Shown here one piece after another: positions 7,306 through 16,800 of a stretch of DNA of 32,000 nucleotides. The first letter of the stretch is position 1, and each line of letters opens with the position of its first letter. The position numbers and the translations under genes are program-made. Under the pieces are notes generated by a model, which saw only the letters and a program-made list of their open reading frames with translations, did no database searches and was not told where the DNA came from. The stretch comes from a bacterium (GTDB taxonomy: Bacteria; UBP7; UBA6624; JBBIMK01), in assembly GCA_037444445.1 (NCBI GenBank), contig JBBIMK010000004.1, forward strand, positions 30,001 to 62,000, in the 5' to 3' direction.

Positions 7306-7685
7306 TTGGAGGCTGGAGCACTCTTTGGTTTAGAAGTGAGTAAGCGAATGAGGACGGTGGGAGCGGCATCTCCTTTACGCGTGCCCACTTTGAACATTTC
7401 CACATACCCTCCCGAATGCTTCTCCAATCCGTCTGCGAGGTCAAAAAGACGGGTTTCCGCTTCCCGGTGGGGGAGGATGCTCTGGATACGGCGGATGAGG
7501 AGCATCGTTTTTCCACCCCGAGCCAGATGAATTAAGCGGTTCACGAAGGGAACCAGTTGCTTACCCTTTCCTTGTGTGGTGGTGACTTCGCCGTGTAGAA
7601 TCAGGGAAGCGGCGAGATTTCGGAGGGTAGCCAGGCGATGGTCTGCCCGGCGCCCCATCTTTCCCCTCTTACGCCGATGTCTCAA
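7302..7685 (-). CDS. rplQ: 50S ribosomal protein L17
   Basis: A TTG start gives the canonical N-terminus MRHRRKRGKMGRRADHRLATLRNL. SD AGGGGGGA lies 5 nt upstream. Confidence 0.95.
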   Translation of the reverse strand: MRHRRKRGKMGRRADHRLATLRNLAASLILHGEVTTTQGKGKQLVPFVNRLIHLARGGKTMLLIRRIQSILPHREAETRLFDLADGLEKHSGGYVEMFKVGTRKGDAAPTVLIRLLTSKPKSAPASK

Positions 7686-7706
7686 GTAAATCCCCCCTTT
7701 TTTTAT

Positions 7707-8720
7707 TCATTCCTTTTCTTTATCGCTCCGCAGAGAAAGATTCAGTTGCTTCAGTCGTGACTGGACTTCCTTCAGGGTTTTTCTACCCATCCCTGGTAGA
7801 TGTGCGAACTCGGCAGGGCTGAGGGAGATCAACTCGCCGATGGTGTGGAGATGGTTCTTGATGAGGACATTATGGGTGCGGGTAGAAAATTTGAGGGAAG
7901 AAATCTCCTGCTCCAGGAGGCGAACATGGGAGGATTCTGCTCCCGCCGGGGCAAGAAAAACCCCACGAGCCAGAGCATCCCGCACCGGAATCAGATGATA
8001 GTCCAGAAGAATGATGAGGGCTTCTTTCACCGCATCTTCTGCAGAAATAGTTTTATCGGTCCACACATCCAGGAAGAGTTTCTCATAATCTGCGGACCGC
8101 CCGACCCGGACGGGCTCCGAGAAGAAAACCACTTTTTTGACCGACTGAAAATCGGAATCCACTGGAATGACACCCGGGGGGAAGGACTCCAGTTCACGCC
8201 AGTCTTCCCGAAGGTCGCCAGGCCAGTGGCTTTCAGCAGGAATATATCCTCTGCCCCTCATGCAACCCATCTCCACAGACACCGAGGTGTCGCGCTCCAC
8301 CGTGAAAAGATAATGATTGGGGTCTACGATTTTCACATCCCTGGGAGCGGAGATGTCTTTTCCCTTTACTTCTTTGTAGCCTTTTACAACCAGGCGTAAA
8401 AGTTTGGGGCCCGGGGTTTCCACCCGAATGGGTAGACTACGAAGATTCAAAATGAGTTCCGTCACACTTTCCAGAACATTGGGGATCGTGGTAAACTCGT
8501 GGAGGATTTGGATTTCCTTGCCGGAGTTCTTTTCTTCCCGGGCGGTAATCTCTATATAAGTCAGTGCACTGCCCTCTATGGAGGAAAGCAGAACCCGACG
8601 CAGGGCATTCCCCAGGGTGATGCTATAGCCCCGGGCTAAGGGTTGGATGGCGAAACGGGCATAGCTTTTATCCTCGGAGACATCTACCAGGGTAACATCC
8701 ACCGGATAAAAACGAATCAT
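7707..8720 (-). CDS. rpoA: DNA-directed RNA polymerase subunit alpha
   Basis: 337 aa. It has an N-terminal assembly domain and a C-terminal HhH domain (LKFSTRTHNVLIKNHLHTIGEL..LPGMGRKTLKEV). It sits in the canonical slot rpsD-rpoA-rplQ. Confidence 0.95.
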   Translation of the reverse strand: MIRFYPVDVTLVDVSEDKSYARFAIQPLARGYSITLGNALRRVLLSSIEGSALTYIEITAREEKNSGKEIQILHEFTTIPNVLESVTELILNLRSLPIRVETPGPKLLRLVVKGYKEVKGKDISAPRDVKIVDPNHYLFTVERDTSVSVEMGCMRGRGYIPAESHWPGDLREDWRELESFPPGVIPVDSDFQSVKKVVFFSEPVRVGRSADYEKLFLDVWTDKTISAEDAVKEALIILLDYHLIPVRDALARGVFLAPAGAESSHVRLLEQEISSLKFSTRTHNVLIKNHLHTIGELISLSPAEFAHLPGMGRKTLKEVQSRLKQLNLSLRSDKEKE

Positions 8721-8734
8721 ACTCCTATCACCTC

Positions 8735-9364
8735 TTAGCGGGTATAATACTCAATCACCAGGCGGTCCTGAATATCTTGATGCACTTCATCCCGTTCAGG
8801 GGGCCGTAAAAAACGAATGGAGAGGGCATCCGGTAGCACTTCCACCCAGGGGGGGAAGCGTCCCATGTCCTGAGAGCGTTTCAGGCTTTCCAGAACAGGA
8901 TTGCGTAATTTACTGGTGGCTTTCAGGGCGACGACATCTCCTTCTTTTAACAGATAGAAAGGAGAACGAACCGGATGCTGATTGACGAGGAAATGTCCGT
9001 GGGTAATCCACTGGCGGGCTTGATTTCGGGAGGAAGCCATCCCGCTCCTGTGAATCACGGTATCCAGCCGGCGTTCCAGGAGGCGTAACAGGGCATGGCC
9101 TGTGACGCCGGGTTGGTGTTCAGCCATCCGAACGAGGCGGCGGAGAGAAGCCTCTGTCAGCCCGAAGATATACCGTAGTTTCTGCTTCTCCTGAAGCTGA
9201 ACGGCGAACTCGGACTGTTTTCCCCGGTAGCGGTGAATCCCCGGAGGAATACTGCGGCGTTCCCTGTCCATAGGGCAGTTGTTGATACATTTGTCGCCCT
9301 TCAGAAAGAGTTTTACACCCGCGCGGCGACATCGGCGGCATTTGGGGTCTGTGTACCGAGCCAT
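8735..9364 (-). CDS. rpsD: 30S ribosomal protein S4 (Cys4 zinc form)
   Basis: N-terminus is MARYTDPKCRRCRRAG..KCINNC. ATG 9364 lies 4 nt after the rpsK stop, with AAGAGGGTGAGAGA upstream. The ORF-track start at 9430 overlaps rpsK and was rejected. Confidence 0.95.
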   Translation of the reverse strand: MARYTDPKCRRCRRAGVKLFLKGDKCINNCPMDRERRSIPPGIHRYRGKQSEFAVQLQEKQKLRYIFGLTEASLRRLVRMAEHQPGVTGHALLRLLERRLDTVIHRSGMASSRNQARQWITHGHFLVNQHPVRSPFYLLKEGDVVALKATSKLRNPVLESLKRSQDMGRFPPWVEVLPDALSIRFLRPPERDEVHQDIQDRLVIEYYTR

Positions 9365-9368
9365 TCTC

Positions 9369-9758
9369 TCACCCTCTTTTCTGTTTTCTTGGACGACAGC
9401 CGTTATGAGGAACGGGAGTAATGTCCTCAATGGAGACCACGCGGATGCCGGCGCTCTGGAGGGTACGGATAGCAGGGTCCCGGCCTGACCCTGGACCTTT
9501 GGTTAGAACCTCCGCTGTTTTAATGCCGAAGTTATCCACAGCACGCCGGGCGAGCATCTCGGCCGCTTGCTGGGCGGCGAAGGGAGTGCCCTTCTTTGTT
9601 CCTTTAAAGCCCACTGCCCCCCCACTGGTCCAGCACAGCACATTCCCTTCCGGGTCAGTTAGAGTTACGATGGTATTGTTAAAAGTCGCGTGAATCCGAA
9701 TCACCCCGTGAGAAATTTTTTTCCCTTTCTTTTTCTTTACTGAAGTTTTTTTAGGCAT
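9369..9758 (-). CDS. rpsK: 30S ribosomal protein S11
   Basis: It contains [41 protein letters not shown]. The ATG abuts the rpsM stop. Confidence 0.96.
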   Translation of the reverse strand: MPKKTSVKKKKGKKISHGVIRIHATFNNTIVTLTDPEGNVLCWTSGGAVGFKGTKKGTPFAAQQAAEMLARRAVDNFGIKTAEVLTKGPGSGRDPAIRTLQSAGIRVVSIEDITPVPHNGCRPRKQKRG

Positions 9759-10145
9759 TTATGCGCCTCCTCTGGGTGGAAACTTTTTCCGGAGGATGGA
9801 GGGGCGAGGTCCCTTCCAGGAGCGGGCATTTTTCCGGGTCCTCTGCCCCCGAACTGGCAACCCGGCCAGGCGACGCAGACCCCGATAACACTTGATGTCC
9901 ACCAGCCGCTTGATGGACTCCGCTACCGCCTGACGCAGTTCCCCTTCTACCTTGTAGTCCCGCTCCACGATGGACCGAATCCGCGCCAACTCCTGCTCCG
10001 ATAGGTCCTTCACCTTTTTCATCCGGTCTATCCCTGTTTTCGTCAGGATTTTAATTGCGGAGGACCTACCGATACCATACAGGGTGGTGAGAGCGATTTC
10101 CACTCGCTTGTTATCCGGGATTTCCACTCCTGATATCCGCGCCAT
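9759..10145 (-). CDS. rpsM: 30S ribosomal protein S13
   Basis: N-terminus is [35 protein letters not shown] lies upstream. Confidence 0.96.
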   Translation of the reverse strand: MARISGVEIPDNKRVEIALTTLYGIGRSSAIKILTKTGIDRMKKVKDLSEQELARIRSIVERDYKVEGELRQAVAESIKRLVDIKCYRGLRRLAGLPVRGQRTRKNARSWKGPRPSILRKKFPPRGGA

Positions 10146-10156
10146 AGGAACCTCCT

Positions 10157-10270
10157 TTATCCCTGCCGTTGTTTATGGCGAGGATTTTCACAGATGATGT
10201 AGACTTTCCCCCGCCTGCGAACGACCTTACACTTGTTACACCGCTTCCGAACAGAAGGACGAACTTTCAT
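10157..10270 (-). CDS. rpmJ: 50S ribosomal protein L36 (zinc form)
   Basis: Not in the ORF track (37 aa); translated by hand as [37 protein letters not shown]. It has the C-x2-C-x12-C-x4-H pattern. The ATG overlaps the infA stop (ATGA). Confidence 0.93.
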   Translation of the reverse strand: MKVRPSVRKRCNKCKVVRRRGKVYIICENPRHKQRQG

Positions 10271-10533
10271 TCTTTTTCCGAGAGGCGGTAAATAATCCGA
10301 CCGCGCTGAAGGTCATAAGGAGAGATTTCCACGCGAACCCTGTCGCCGGTAATCAGACGGATAAAGCGGATACGCATCTTACCGGAAACATGAGCCAGAA
10401 TCACATGGCCAGTAGGGATTTGGACCCGAAAGAGTCCGTTGGGTAGGGTTTCTACAATTTTGCCATCCACTGCCAGTTTTTCCTCCTTCGCATCGTGCAG
10501 TAGAGATTCTTCCTGTCTTTTCTTTTTTTTCAT
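10267..10533 (-). CDS. infA: Translation initiation factor IF-1
   Basis: It contains [62 protein letters not shown]. It has a ~15-aa Lys/Glu-rich N-terminal extension. ATGA overlap with the adk stop. Confidence 0.95.
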   Translation of the reverse strand: MKKKKRQEESLLHDAKEEKLAVDGKIVETLPNGLFRVQIPTGHVILAHVSGKMRIRFIRLITGDRVRVEISPYDLQRGRIIYRLSEKE

Positions 10534-11213
10534 CGGAAAATATGACCTGTCACGGGCAGGCGATATCCTTCCTCCACTCTTTGCAGAATTTCTTCCGGCG
10601 TGCCAATGCCGTCTATCGGCACCAGCACTCCTACTCGGAAGTAGAAATAAACCAGAGGGTAACTTTTGTGGATAAATTGCCGTGCCCGGATGGCCACCAC
10701 TTCTGCCCGGTCATCATACCGCTGAACCAGGGGCTCTGAACAACGATCACACATCTCCGGGTTCTTTCGGGGAGGGGAATATAACAAATGGTAAATCTGA
10801 TGACAGCGGGGGCAAATCCGACGATTGGAAAGCCTCTTCTGGAGAACTTCACGAGGCACGAGAAGAAAGAATGCCCGGTGTAACGGAGCCTTCTTGCGGT
10901 ACAGAAACTGCTCGAGATATTCTCCCTGAGGGCGAGTTCGGGGATACCCGTCCAGAATAAAACCGGAGGATAAATACGAATCCTTCAAGAGCGTGGACGC
11001 CATCAGGTCATTGACCACCGCATCGGGAACCAGAAGCCCCTGGTCCAGATATGCTTGAGCCATCTTTCCCAGGGGGGTTCCCTCCCGGATAGCATCCCGC
11101 AACAGGTCACCGGTAGCCAGCAAGGGTAACCCGTATTTCTCGTGAAGCAGGCTGGCAAGAGTTCCTTTTCCACAGCCTGGAGGACCCAGGAGAGCAATGC
11201 GAGCGCCCTTCAT
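10530..11213 (-). CDS. adk: Adenylate kinase (zinc-lid form)
   Basis: It has the P-loop GPPGCGKGT and a LID with CPRC...CDRC. ATGA overlap with the secY stop. Confidence 0.93.
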   Translation of the reverse strand: MKGARIALLGPPGCGKGTLASLLHEKYGLPLLATGDLLRDAIREGTPLGKMAQAYLDQGLLVPDAVVNDLMASTLLKDSYLSSGFILDGYPRTRPQGEYLEQFLYRKKAPLHRAFFLLVPREVLQKRLSNRRICPRCHQIYHLLYSPPRKNPEMCDRCSEPLVQRYDDRAEVVAIRARQFIHKSYPLVYFYFRVGVLVPIDGIGTPEEILQRVEEGYRLPVTGHIFR

Positions 11214-12490
11214 TTGATAAACCCCTCATACTGACGAGTAACGATATGTGCCTCCAGCTGGCGAACGGTATCCAGTGCAACGCCCACAGCAATTAAAAGC
11301 CCTGTTCCAGACAGCAGGAAATTCTGGACACCAAAAAATTTACCCAGTAGAAAGGGCAATACGCCTACTCCAGCCAGGAAAAATCCCCCCATCCAGGTGA
11401 TTTTCTCCTGTATGCGGGCAATATACTCAGCGGTTTGCTCCCCGGGGCGAACACCCGGAATAAATCCGCCATAATTTTTCAAATTATCAGCAATCTCATC
11501 GGGCTTGAAAATCACGGCAGAATAGAAATGATTGGAAAGGAGGATGAGAAACGCCAGAACGAGATAATAGTAATAGGTTCCAGGAAAAGACTGCTGCCAC
11601 CGATGAAAACCGGGCCATGTTTTTGGCATATATGTGGCAAGGGTGGAGGGAACCAGCATAAAAGTGATGGCGAAAATGATGGGGATAACCCCGCCCAGGT
11701 TCACCTTGATGGGAAGATAACTGGACTGGCCGCCGTAAACCAGGCGTCCCACCTGTCGGCGGGCATAGCGAACGGGAATTCGGCGTTCCGAGAGTTCCAC
11801 GAAAACGATGAAGACCAGGAGCAACAGTAAAAGTCCCACATAGCCAAGAAAGTTACCGAAGGCGCCGGGGTTGGCACGGATGCTGGCTATCTCTCGTCCC
11901 ATACTTGTGGGCAAACGAAGAACGATACTGGCAAAAATCAGAAGGGAAATCCCTTCCCCTATTCCCCGGTTAGAAATTTCTTCTCCCAGCCACATCAGGA
12001 AACAGGTTCCCCCGGTAAGGGAAAGGATGATAAAGAGGTAGTAGAACCAACCCGAGGAGGTGAGAATTCCCTGGCTGGAGAACATTTTGAGGAGGCCAAT
12101 AGATTGGAGGATTGCCACAGCGATGGTGATATATCGGGTGTAACGGGCGAGGATGCGGCGTCCTTCTTCTCCCCTTTCCCGAATCAACTCCCGGAAAGAA
12201 TCCACAGAGAAGGCGAGCAGTTGCATCATAATAGAAGCATTGATATAAGGAATCACTCCGAGGGAGAGGACGGAGAACTGTTCCAGGGCGCCGCCCGAGA
12301 AGAGGTTGACCAGGCCGAAGAGTCCCCCACCCGCCTGGAACAGGCTTGCAAGAGCGGTTCGGTCTACACCGGGAAGAGGGATATGAACTCCGAAGGCATA
12401 GATGGCGAAAGCGACGGCAACGACAAGGAGTCGGCGACGCAGGTCAGGAAAGGACAGGATGCTCCGATAAGATTCCGTTATTTTCGCCAC
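11210..12490 (-). CDS. secY: Preprotein translocase subunit SecY
   Basis: 426-aa multi-pass membrane protein containing GGALEQFSVLSLGVIPYINASIMMQLL. It has a GTG start and sits in the rplO-secY-adk slot. Confidence 0.95.
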   Translation of the reverse strand: MAKITESYRSILSFPDLRRRLLVVAVAFAIYAFGVHIPLPGVDRTALASLFQAGGGLFGLVNLFSGGALEQFSVLSLGVIPYINASIMMQLLAFSVDSFRELIRERGEEGRRILARYTRYITIAVAILQSIGLLKMFSSQGILTSSGWFYYLFIILSLTGGTCFLMWLGEEISNRGIGEGISLLIFASIVLRLPTSMGREIASIRANPGAFGNFLGYVGLLLLLLVFIVFVELSERRIPVRYARRQVGRLVYGGQSSYLPIKVNLGGVIPIIFAITFMLVPSTLATYMPKTWPGFHRWQQSFPGTYYYYLVLAFLILLSNHFYSAVIFKPDEIADNLKNYGGFIPGVRPGEQTAEYIARIQEKITWMGGFFLAGVGVLPFLLGKFFGVQNFLLSGTGLLIAVGVALDTVRQLEAHIVTRQYEGFIK

Positions 12491-12933
12491 GGGAGAACCT
12501 CAACTTTTCCGCCGGCGGCGTGAATTTTTTCCACCGCCGACTGACTGAAAGCGTGAGCCCGAAGATGAAACGCTCGCTGGAGGGCACCCTGTCCGAGAAT
12601 TTTCACGGGCTGTGCGGTAGAGCGAATCAGTCTCGCCTGCTGAAACTCCTGAGGTCCCAGGGGCTGAGAGGGAGAGAATGTTTGCTGTATCGCATACAGG
12701 TTCACGATTTGAAAGGAAAAGGAGCGGGGAGGACGAAAGCCTTTCTTCTTCGGCAAGCGGCGAATGAGAGGCATTTGCCCCCCTTCAAAGAAAACGGGCA
12801 AAGTTCCGCTGGAGCGAGACCTCTGCCCTTTGTGCCCGCGTCCACTGGTTTTCCCACGGCCTGAACTTTCTCCACGGCCCACCCGTTTTCGTGGGTGCAA
12901 ACCCGGGTCCTTTTTGAGTTCTGAGACCTTCAT
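12478..12933 (-). CDS. rplO: 50S ribosomal protein L15
   Basis: It contains RVGRGESSGRGKTSGRGHKGQ. ATGA overlap with the rpsE stop. Confidence 0.95.
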   Translation of the reverse strand: MKVSELKKDPGLHPRKRVGRGESSGRGKTSGRGHKGQRSRSSGTLPVFFEGGQMPLIRRLPKKKGFRPPRSFSFQIVNLYAIQQTFSPSQPLGPQEFQQARLIRSTAQPVKILGQGALQRAFHLRAHAFSQSAVEKIHAAGGKVEVLPWRK

Positions 12934-13520
12934 ACTTCCTCCTCAACCGTTTCGGGAAGTTTTCCTGCCTCCGGTGAGGGCACCACGGGAGGAGTTTCTT
13001 CAGATTCCAGAGGATAGGCAGGAAGGCGAGGGTAAGCCCAGACGGAGCGGAGGGGAAGGCCGCGTGCCCGGGCTACCATTCGGGGGTCACACAACGAGGT
13101 CAGGGCGTGAAAGGTTGCCTTCGCCAGATTCAAAGAGTTATTAGAACCGAGGGACTTCGCCAGAACATCCTTCACACCTGCAACGGAAAGAACGATGCGA
13201 GCAGCGCTACCCGCCACGACACCGGTACCGGGCGCTGCAGGCTTCAAAAGGATCCGGGAGGCCCCCTGCTTTCCGATAATTTCATGGGGAATGGTGCAGT
13301 CAATCAGGGGGAGCCGGACCAGATGCCGACGGGCGTCTTGCGTGGCTTTGGCAATGGCATCCGCAACCTCCAGGGCCTTCCCTATGCCGAGGCCCACCTG
13401 ACCATTTTCGTCCCCTGCGACCACGACGGCACGGAACCTGAGGCGCTTTCCCCCCGCCACCACTTTCACGACCCGATTCACAGAAATCACTTCCTCACGA
13501 AGTGTTTGCCTTTCCATCAT
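12930..13520 (-). CDS. rpsE: 30S ribosomal protein S5 (with ~35-aa Pro/Glu-rich C-terminal tail)
   Basis: It contains VNRVVKVVAGGKRLRFRAVVVAGDENGQVGLGIGKA and KPAAPGTGVVAG. The tail is AYPRLPAYPLESEETPPVVPSPEAGKLPETVEEEV. Confidence 0.95.
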   Translation of the reverse strand: MMERQTLREEVISVNRVVKVVAGGKRLRFRAVVVAGDENGQVGLGIGKALEVADAIAKATQDARRHLVRLPLIDCTIPHEIIGKQGASRILLKPAAPGTGVVAGSAARIVLSVAGVKDVLAKSLGSNNSLNLAKATFHALTSLCDPRMVARARGLPLRSVWAYPRLPAYPLESEETPPVVPSPEAGKLPETVEEEV

Positions 13521-13888
13521 CAGAACTGGAGCCCTCCTTCTCTTGCACCTTCGGCAAAGGCTTTGACCCTGCCGTGGTAGCGGAACCCTCCACGGTCAAA
13601 CACCAGGGTCTGAATTCCCTTTTTCAGAGCGATTTCAGCGAATTTTTGACCCAGAAGGCGAGCCTGCTCGGTTTTCGTTCCCTTCAAATCTCCACTGACC
13701 TGCGGGGAGAGGGTACAGAGGGCGCAAAGGGTAATTCCCTTCTGGTCGTCTATGGCCTGGGCGTAGAAATGACGCAGGCTTCGGAAAACGGATAGGCGTG
13801 GGCGTGTGGAAGTGCCTTTCACTTTCTGCCTCACGCGCCGATGACGAATAACTCTCATCCGCTGGGTTCCAGATTTCACCCGACTCAC
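13520..13888 (-). CDS. rplR: 50S ribosomal protein L18
   Basis: It contains [20 protein letters not shown] and [26 protein letters not shown]. The start is GTG 13888; GTG 13879 is an alternative. Confidence 0.94.
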   Translation of the reverse strand: MSRVKSGTQRMRVIRHRRVRQKVKGTSTRPRLSVFRSLRHFYAQAIDDQKGITLCALCTLSPQVSGDLKGTKTEQARLLGQKFAEIALKKGIQTLVFDRGGFRYHGRVKAFAEGAREGGLQF

Positions 13889-13891
13889 CCT

Positions 13892-14437
13892 CTATGCAAT
13901 TTTAGCGGCTTTGCTCACTTTTCGCCGCACCTTCTCATCCACATATTTGATGCCCCGCTCCTTATAAGGCTCCACGGGGCGGAGACTGCGAATCTCTGCG
14001 CTCGTGTGACCCACTTTCTCCTTATCTATCCCGAACACTTCAATCCGATTCTCTTTCACCGCAATTTTCAAAGAGGGGTCAAACGAATATTCCAGCGGGT
14101 GGATAAATCCCACACTCAGGATGAGGGTATTACCCCGCACGGATGCTTTATAACCCGGACCATTGATTTCAAGGGAACGCATAAACCCCTCCGTGACTCC
14201 TTGAATCATATTTCGTATCAGCGACCAGGTAAGCCCCTGGATGGCGCGGGAGGATTTTTCATCGTCCTGGCGCAAAACCAAAACCCCTGACGGGGTTATT
14301 TGCACTGAAACTTCCGGGGCAAGAGTGCGAGTAAGAGTTCCTAATTTCCCCGACACCGTCAGCGTGGAGTCCCGAAGGGAGATAGTGACTCCCGGAGGGA
14401 TGGGAATGGGTTTTCGAGCGAGTCTGGACACAGCCAT
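13892..14437 (-). CDS. rplF: 50S ribosomal protein L6
   Basis: It contains SRLARKPIPIPPGVTI..VSGKLGTL. The start is ATG 14437; GTG 14440 is an alternative. Confidence 0.94.
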   Translation of the reverse strand: MAVSRLARKPIPIPPGVTISLRDSTLTVSGKLGTLTRTLAPEVSVQITPSGVLVLRQDDEKSSRAIQGLTWSLIRNMIQGVTEGFMRSLEINGPGYKASVRGNTLILSVGFIHPLEYSFDPSLKIAVKENRIEVFGIDKEKVGHTSAEIRSLRPVEPYKERGIKYVDEKVRRKVSKAAKIA

Positions 14438-14440
14438 CAC

Positions 14441-14848
14441 CTACCAGAGAATGCAGAGAAGTTCACCGCCGGTGTGCAATCGGCGGGCTTGCTTGTCGGA
14501 TAAAATGCCATGGGAGGTAGAAAGGACTGCGGTTCCCAGCCCCTGGCGAACCCGGGGGATTTCTCGCCAGGGCACATAGATTCGCCGTCCCGGCTTGCTG
14601 ATGCGCTGTATGTGGGTCAGAACCTGTCGCTTGAACCGCCCTTCCCGCAGATACCGAATGTGAATCACCAGTTGTTTCCGAACCCCTTCTCCCTCCACAT
14701 TTACATCCTGCAGGTATCCCTCCCGTTTCAGCACTTCCGCCAGGGAATGTTTTATACGGGAGTAAGGAAGAGTGAAGGAATCATGGTGTGCCTGGATCGC
14801 ATTTCGTAGACGGGCCAGGAAATCTGCAATCGGGTCTGTCATCACCAT
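14441..14848 (-). CDS. rpsH: 30S ribosomal protein S8
   Basis: It contains TDPIADFLARLRNA and the C-terminus GGELLCILW. Confidence 0.95.
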   Translation of the reverse strand: MVMTDPIADFLARLRNAIQAHHDSFTLPYSRIKHSLAEVLKREGYLQDVNVEGEGVRKQLVIHIRYLREGRFKRQVLTHIQRISKPGRRIYVPWREIPRVRQGLGTAVLSTSHGILSDKQARRLHTGGELLCILW

Positions 14849-14850
14849 GA

Positions 14851-15081
14851 CTACCAGCTCGCTTTCCGGAATCCCGGAAGATACCCCTTATGAACCAGTT
14901 CTCGGAAGCAGATGCGACAAAGCCCCACATATCGGATATAGCCTCTGGGGCGTCCGCACAGAGAACAGCGATTGCGATACCGCACCTTCGTTCGGGAAGG
15001 TGGGGGCTCATTCCTCGTGCGAAAGCGTTCCAGAAATTCTCTTAATCGGTCATTCTTTTCTACGATAGCCTTCCTTGACAT
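14851..15081 (-). CDS. rpsN: 30S ribosomal protein S14 type Z (Cys4 zinc form, 76 aa)
   Basis: It contains [38 protein letters not shown]. Confidence 0.93.
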   Translation of the reverse strand: MSRKAIVEKNDRLREFLERFRTRNEPPPSRTKVRYRNRCSLCGRPRGYIRYVGLCRICFRELVHKGYLPGFRKASW

Positions 15082-15087
15082 AGGGGT

Positions 15088-15660
15088 TTAGATTCCCTCC
15101 TTTAAGGGCATGCCCAGGCGAGTGAGGAGGGCTGCTGCCTCTTCATCGCTTCGCGCCGTCGTCACCAGGGTCACATTCATCCCTCTCGGCTTGTCCACAT
15201 CCTCAAAACTGACTTCCGGGAAGACGAGTTGCTCTTTCACTCCGATGGTGTAATTCCCGTGGCCATCAAACCCGGAAACAGGAAGGCCACGGAAATCGCG
15301 GAAACGAGGGAGGACGATGTGAAATAATCTATCCAGGAAGTCATACATTCTCCGACCCCGGAGGGTGGTTTTCAAACCGATGGTCATTCCTTTACGGATG
15401 TGGAAAGCGGCGATAGAGTGGCGAGCCAGGGCAGGAATAGGCTTTTGCCCGGTGATTTTTGAAAGGGCACGAGTAGCCAGTTCCAGGCTCTTCGGGTCCC
15501 GGCTCGCCTCCCCTAACCCCATATTGATAACCACCTTTTTCACCCGTGGCACCCGATAGGGGTTGGAATACCCAAACTGCTTGCACATCTCTGGAATGAC
15601 TTCTTGTTGGAACTTCTTTTGCAAGCGAGGAGGGTCTTTTTGTATCGGCAGATAACTCAT
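15088..15660 (-). CDS. rplE: 50S ribosomal protein L5
   Basis: It contains PRVKKVVINMGLGEA. ATGA overlap with the rplX stop. Confidence 0.95.
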   Translation of the reverse strand: MSYLPIQKDPPRLQKKFQQEVIPEMCKQFGYSNPYRVPRVKKVVINMGLGEASRDPKSLELATRALSKITGQKPIPALARHSIAAFHIRKGMTIGLKTTLRGRRMYDFLDRLFHIVLPRFRDFRGLPVSGFDGHGNYTIGVKEQLVFPEVSFEDVDKPRGMNVTLVTTARSDEEAAALLTRLGMPLKEGI

Positions 15661-15971
15661 AGGAAGAGTTCACCACACTTCCGGCACTTGATATAACGGG
15701 TGTTATCCTTCCACACCTTTTGTGGACGAGTGGGCTTATTGCAATGAGGGCAGAGGCGCATAACACTGGAAATGGGCAGGGGCTGGGGAACATCCAGGAT
15801 ACCGCCCTGGCGCATCCGGCCGGCGGCGCGTGTATGACGCTTTGCCAGATTTACTCCACTCACGAGAACCTGTCCGCTCTCCGGGTAGACCCGAACGATT
15901 TCCCCTGTTTTCCCCTTGTCTTCGCCGGATATCACCATTACTTTCTGGCCCTTTTTCAACGGCAGTTTCAA
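15657..15971 (-). CDS. rplX: 50S ribosomal protein L24 (Cys4 C-terminal variant)
   Basis: A TTG start at 15971, 6 nt after GGAGGTGG and just past the rplN stop, gives [26 protein letters not shown]. The ORF-track start at 16082 overlaps rplN and was rejected. Confidence 0.9.
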   Translation of the reverse strand: MKLPLKKGQKVMVISGEDKGKTGEIVRVYPESGQVLVSGVNLAKRHTRAAGRMRQGGILDVPQPLPISSVMRLCPHCNKPTRPQKVWKDNTRYIKCRKCGELFL

Positions 15972-15972
15972 G

Positions 15973-16341
15973 TTATACCACCTCCGGAGCCAGGGAGATG
16001 ATTTTGGTGAAATTACGGGCTCGGAGTTCACGAGCCACTGGGCCGAAAACCCGGCTTCCTCTGGGATTATTCTCCTGGTCAATCAACACCACCGCGTTAT
16101 CGTCAAAGCGGACATAGGAGCCGTCTTCGCGTTTTTTCTCCTTGTGAACACGGATAATCACCGCGCGCACGATGTCACCTTTTTTGACCATTCCCCGGGG
16201 GAAAGCATCTTTGACGGTGCCAATGATGACATCTCCGAGGGTGCCAGATACCCGGTGAGAGCCGCCCAGAACCCGAATGCAGAGGATTTCTTTCGCACCC
16301 GTATTATCCGCCACTTTCAGACGACTCTGCTGTCGTATCAT
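15973..16341 (-). CDS. rplN: 50S ribosomal protein L14
   Basis: ATG 16341, with GGAGGT 8 nt upstream, gives the canonical N-terminus [28 protein letters not shown]. Confidence 0.95.
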   Translation of the reverse strand: MIRQQSRLKVADNTGAKEILCIRVLGGSHRVSGTLGDVIIGTVKDAFPRGMVKKGDIVRAVIIRVHKEKKREDGSYVRFDDNAVVLIDQENNPRGSRVFGPVARELRARNFTKIISLAPEVV

Positions 16342-16603
16342 GGGTTTCAACCTCCATCCGAGCTTTCCCCGCCAGGCGAACGATTCGGAAATGTTTTCGG
16401 CGGCTCAAAGGGCGGGTTTCCTCAATCACCACCCGGGCTCCCGGCTGATAGTCGCGACCGTTCGTATCCACGAGATAGTTCCTGGAGCGCCGCAACAGTT
16501 TTTTATACCGGGGGTGACGGTAGGCCTGGGTGACACGGACGGTAACGGTGCGAGGGAGTTTCGCCCGAATCACTACACCCGACAATTGTTTTCGGGGGCT
16601 CAT
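16304..16603 (-). CDS. rpsQ: 30S ribosomal protein S17
   Basis: It contains [30 protein letters not shown] overlap with the rpmC stop. The 3' end overlaps rplN by 38 nt. Confidence 0.93.
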   Translation of the reverse strand: MSPRKQLSGVVIRAKLPRTVTVRVTQAYRHPRYKKLLRRSRNYLVDTNGRDYQPGARVVIEETRPLSRRKHFRIVRLAGKARMEVETHDTTAESSESGG

Positions 16604-16800
16604 CTCATCTTTCCTCCTGTTTTTTCACGGTAAATGGTCAGAGCGCGAGCAATGTCTCGTCGGATGACGCGAATTTTTCGGGAGTTCGCTACCTGGGAGC
16701 GAGCCACCTGAAATCGCAGATTCATCCATTCCCGCCGCAGGTCGCTCACTTTCTTCTCCAGCTCTGGCAGGCTCAATTTCCGCAGGTCTGCTGGTTTCAT
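16600..16800 (-). CDS. rpmC: 50S ribosomal protein L29
   Basis: ATG 16800 overlaps the rplP stop (ATGA) and gives MKPADLRKLSLPELEKKVSDLRREWMNLRFQ. Confidence 0.93.
   Translation of the reverse strand: MKPADLRKLSLPELEKKVSDLRREWMNLRFQVARSQVANSRKIRVIRRDIARALTIYREKTGGKMR

Noticed and set aside
15916-16533. A 205-aa plus-strand ORF antisense to rplX, rplN and rpsQ. Similar antisense ORFs occur at 4095-4706, 7800-8399, 12346-12864 and 13107-13580.
   Set aside because: The same argument applies: they are shadow ORFs opposite conserved genes, with no ribosome-binding sites or recognisable motifs.
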